A stretch of 64,000 nt of DNA from an uncultured Gammaproteobacteria bacterium (GTDB lineage Bacteria > Patescibacteriota > Microgenomatia > PFEM01 > JAPLYW01), in NCBI GenBank assembly GCA_965230945.1, contig OZ246397.1, forward strand, positions 438,284-502,283, written 5' to 3'. The notes under the pieces are model-generated. The model did not search any database, was not told the origin of the DNA, and worked only from the letters and a program-made list of their open reading frames with translations. The translations under genes and the position numbers were made by a program. This document shows, one piece after another, positions 61,849 to 64,000 of the stretch. Position 1 is the first letter of the stretch. Each line of letters begins with the position of its first letter.

Positions 61849-64000
61849 TTAATTAATAATCCACCAGTTAAACTTGATTTCCTGATTAATAGCCATATCA
61901 ATGGCTACCTTAAACCAACCGTCTTTATTGACACATTCAGATTTATTTTCTTCACAAATAATGTTAGCTTGTTTAGATTTAACAAAAAGGACTTTATTAG
62001 CAGTATCTGAAATAGGGGTAATATATATTAGACTTTGATCGGTAATTTTAGGATTGTAAATCATAATTTCTTCTTCATTAGTAGGGAGAATACCCATTCC
62101 AGAGGTAGCGTTGGTTTTTATCGCTGGAAGATAATTACCTGTCTCATCCCAATTATCATAGGCAGCAATAAGAGCGCCTGATTGAGTGGCTGAGTAATCA
62201 GCTTCAATGTCTAAAGAGCTAAAGTAGGCACTTCCTGAGGCATCAATGGAAGCAACTGTCTTACCGTCAAATCCTTTTACTAAGAGTTTGCCAAAAGCAG
62301 ATTCACTGGCTTCTGATGGCAATTCGATACCTGATTCACTGGCTACAGGAATTGTGGCTAGATCAATGACAAGGTCTTGGTTTTCAAGAGGCCTGATGGT
62401 ATTAGCAAAAAGACTGCCTTCAACGGTAACATCTTCACCAAAGACAACATTACCGCTTTGATCAATAATGATTTTGCCGGCTAAGATATCAATACCGCCT
62501 AGGCCTAGATTTTGTATATATAAAGGACCATAGAGAGTATTAATTGAATTATCAGCGATTGAGAGAGTACCGCCAATATTTAATGAACCGGTGGTATTAA
62601 CATCAGATAGGGTAGTGGTTCCTAAGACCATGAGATCATTTTCGAAGACATAGCCATTGGTTGGAATTTCGATGTCTTCATCGAATTCTTCATTTTCAGT
62701 ATCAATAGGAGTATTTAGTATTTCCGCAATTAAAGCTTCAATATCGTCTATTTCATCGAAGATATTGGCGCTTTCAGTAGCCATTGAGTCAGCGGAATCA
62801 GAAGCTTCATTTTGATAGATATTGGTGATGTTTTGAGTGATATAGGTGGCGGAAATACTGCTGGCGATTAGATCACCAAAGGTTCCATGTTTAGTTATAA
62901 TTTCTTCAGCATATAAAGTACCAGCGATACTAGCATCTTCTCCAACTGATAAACTTTCAGTAGTAAGTTCACCACTAAAACTGGCGTTTCCTTCTGAATC
63001 TATAGAGACAACTTCTTGTCCTTCCTTGCCTTTTATAATTAACCTGCCAAAGCTGGAGCCACTAGCTTCTTGATCATCAGTTAAAGTTTGTTGAAGATTA
63101 ATCACTATGTCTTGATCAGCTAGGGGAGTAAGTTCTGATAGACTTAATCTTTCGGTTTCAATTTCTTTGCTTTTAATAATAGGGCTGATTAATTCTTCTG
63201 TTTCGATCCGGCCGGCGCGAAGATTGGCGATAACTGCTTCAGAGAAAATACCAATTCTTTGGATAATTTCTCCTAGGCTATCTTTAAGATTATATTTGGC
63301 ATTAAGTTCTGCTTCTTCTTCATTTTCAGCTAGTTCTTCTCCAGTAATAGATAGTTCACCTGTTGAAGTTAGATAAATCTCCGGATCATACCAGCCGACA
63401 TTAACAAAAAGAGTAATTTTCCCGACATTATTAGGATCAGGATTATTGTAGGGTTCTAAGGCCTTTCCTACAATCGGTCCGGCTTTGATGGCTTTCATGG
63501 CCACTCCGGGAATATTTGAAGAAGTTAAATAATCTCCTACTTCAATTGGACCATTTTTTGTTGAGACTTTAACAGGGACCTGACCAATAAGAGCAACGAT
63601 TACATTAGATTTTTCATAACTTTCATCACAGCTTTGATCTTCCACCTGACACAAAGGTCCTCCACCCAAGAAGCCAGGAGAAGTCGATACCACACCGATT
63701 GGATTATCAGATTGTTTTTCGGTTTTTCTAACCGCTCTTGCTTTTTGATTATCAAAAGTTACCAACTCTCCCACTTCAGGAACTTGGTTTAGATTAGCAA
63801 TCAAGAAATATTCGGCAAGGTCAGTCCCGGTAGTAGTATAAGCTACAGCACTAGCTCCTCCCTGAATCTTACCAGCAACTGTGCCTGCTCCATCAGAAAA
63901 ACCAATAAAATAGTTTCCGGTGGTCCGGCTGGCATTGGCTACACCCAAACTAATCAACAAGGCATCGGCGCTAGTTGCCGTATCAGTATTATAAATTCGA
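61849..64000 (-). CDS. Second giant surface protein (at least 717 aa in window; N-terminus beyond window end) with internal repeats
   Basis: Minus-strand frame is open to the window edge. Shows repeated modules (SFGRLIIKGKEGQEVVSIDSEGNASFSG / AFGKLLVKGFDGKTVASIDASGSAYFSS) and an acidic linker. Sits 2 nt upstream of, and co-directional with, the 2155-aa gene. Confidence 0.6.
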   Translation of the reverse strand, partial: RIYNTDTATSADALLISLGVANASRTTGNYFIGFSDGAGTVAGKIQGGASAVAYTTTGTDLAEYFLIANLNQVPEVGELVTFDNQKARAVRKTEKQSDNPIGVVSTSPGFLGGGPLCQVEDQSCDESYEKSNVIVALIGQVPVKVSTKNGPIEVGDYLTSSNIPGVAMKAIKAGPIVGKALEPYNNPDPNNVGKITLFVNVGWYDPEIYLTSTGELSITGEELAENEEEAELNAKYNLKDSLGEIIQRIGIFSEAVIANLRAGRIETEELISPIIKSKEIETERLSLSELTPLADQDIVINLQQTLTDDQEASGSSFGRLIIKGKEGQEVVSIDSEGNASFSGELTTESLSVGEDASIAGTLYAEEIITKHGTFGDLIASSISATYITQNITNIYQNEASDSADSMATESANIFDEIDDIEALIAEILNTPIDTENEEFDEDIEIPTNGYVFENDLMVLGTTTLSDVNTTGSLNIGGTLSIADNSINTLYGPLYIQNLGLGGIDILAGKIIIDQSGNVVFGEDVTVEGSLFANTIRPLENQDLVIDLATIPVASESGIELPSEASESAFGKLLVKGFDGKTVASIDASGSAYFSSLDIEADYSATQSGALIAAYDNWDETGNYLPAIKTNATSGMGILPTNEEEIMIYNPKITDQSLIYITPISDTANKVLFVKSKQANIICEENKSECVNKDGWFKVAIDMAINQEIKFNWWIIN

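Overview
This window is AT-rich, densely coding, and looks like a small-genome bacterium of the Candidate Phyla Radiation / Patescibacteria type. That placement is an inference from the divergent 16S, the intron-laden 23S, the many small hypothetical membrane proteins and the giant surface proteins.

The core is an atypical rRNA locus: 16S (39105-40559), a 725-aa P-loop ATPase on the opposite strand between 16S and the spacer tRNAs, tRNA-Ile(GAU), tRNA-Ala(UGC), a 23S (~43396-47302) interrupted by two introns, and 5S. One 23S intron is an ORF-less group I intron with canonical R/S elements; the other encodes a LAGLIDADG homing endonuclease.

A third group I intron (about 200 nt) interrupts the anticodon loop of a tRNA(CAU) gene at 12653-12926. 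Next to it sit a second tRNA(CAU) and a XerC/XerD-like tyrosine recombinase. Other RNA genes are a tRNA with an unusual UAU anticodon (4793-4864) and a tRNA-Ala(GGC)/tRNA-Ala(CGC) pair (53050-53204).

Protein genes are mostly housekeeping:
- Nucleotide metabolism: partial class II RNR NrdJ, ThyX.
- DNA repair and recombination: RarA, MutM, RecF, RadA, ATP-dependent DNA ligase, a standalone 5'-3' exonuclease, MGMT, and an endonuclease Q-like PHP protein.
- Translation and RNA: TrpS, Pth, MnmA, RpsA, Rho.
- Other: FtsH, an FtsB-like protein, TrxA/TrxB, a ferredoxin, a DsbA-like protein, an SDR, a GT4 glycosyltransferase, a Ca-type P-type ATPase with an adjacent CaCA exchanger, and a LysM-M23 peptidase.

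Notable non-housekeeping content:
- Two paralogous FtsK/HerA/VirD4-like P-loop ATPases (2421-4748 and 40695-42872).
- A 7TM protein + ATP-grasp/retropepsin fusion + RimK-like ATP-grasp peptide-modification cassette (34912-37828).
- A Fic protein.
- A run of five small, mostly membrane, hypothetical ORFs with strong SD sites, plus a DUF3800-like gene, between rarA and thyX/integrase (6113-10268).
- A minus-strand operon of an O-antigen-ligase-like/TPR membrane protein and two giant secreted proteins (2155 aa and more than 700 aa, the latter running off the window) carrying LamG-like repeats, a Gly-rich low-complexity block and FN3-like repeats.

No CRISPR array was seen.
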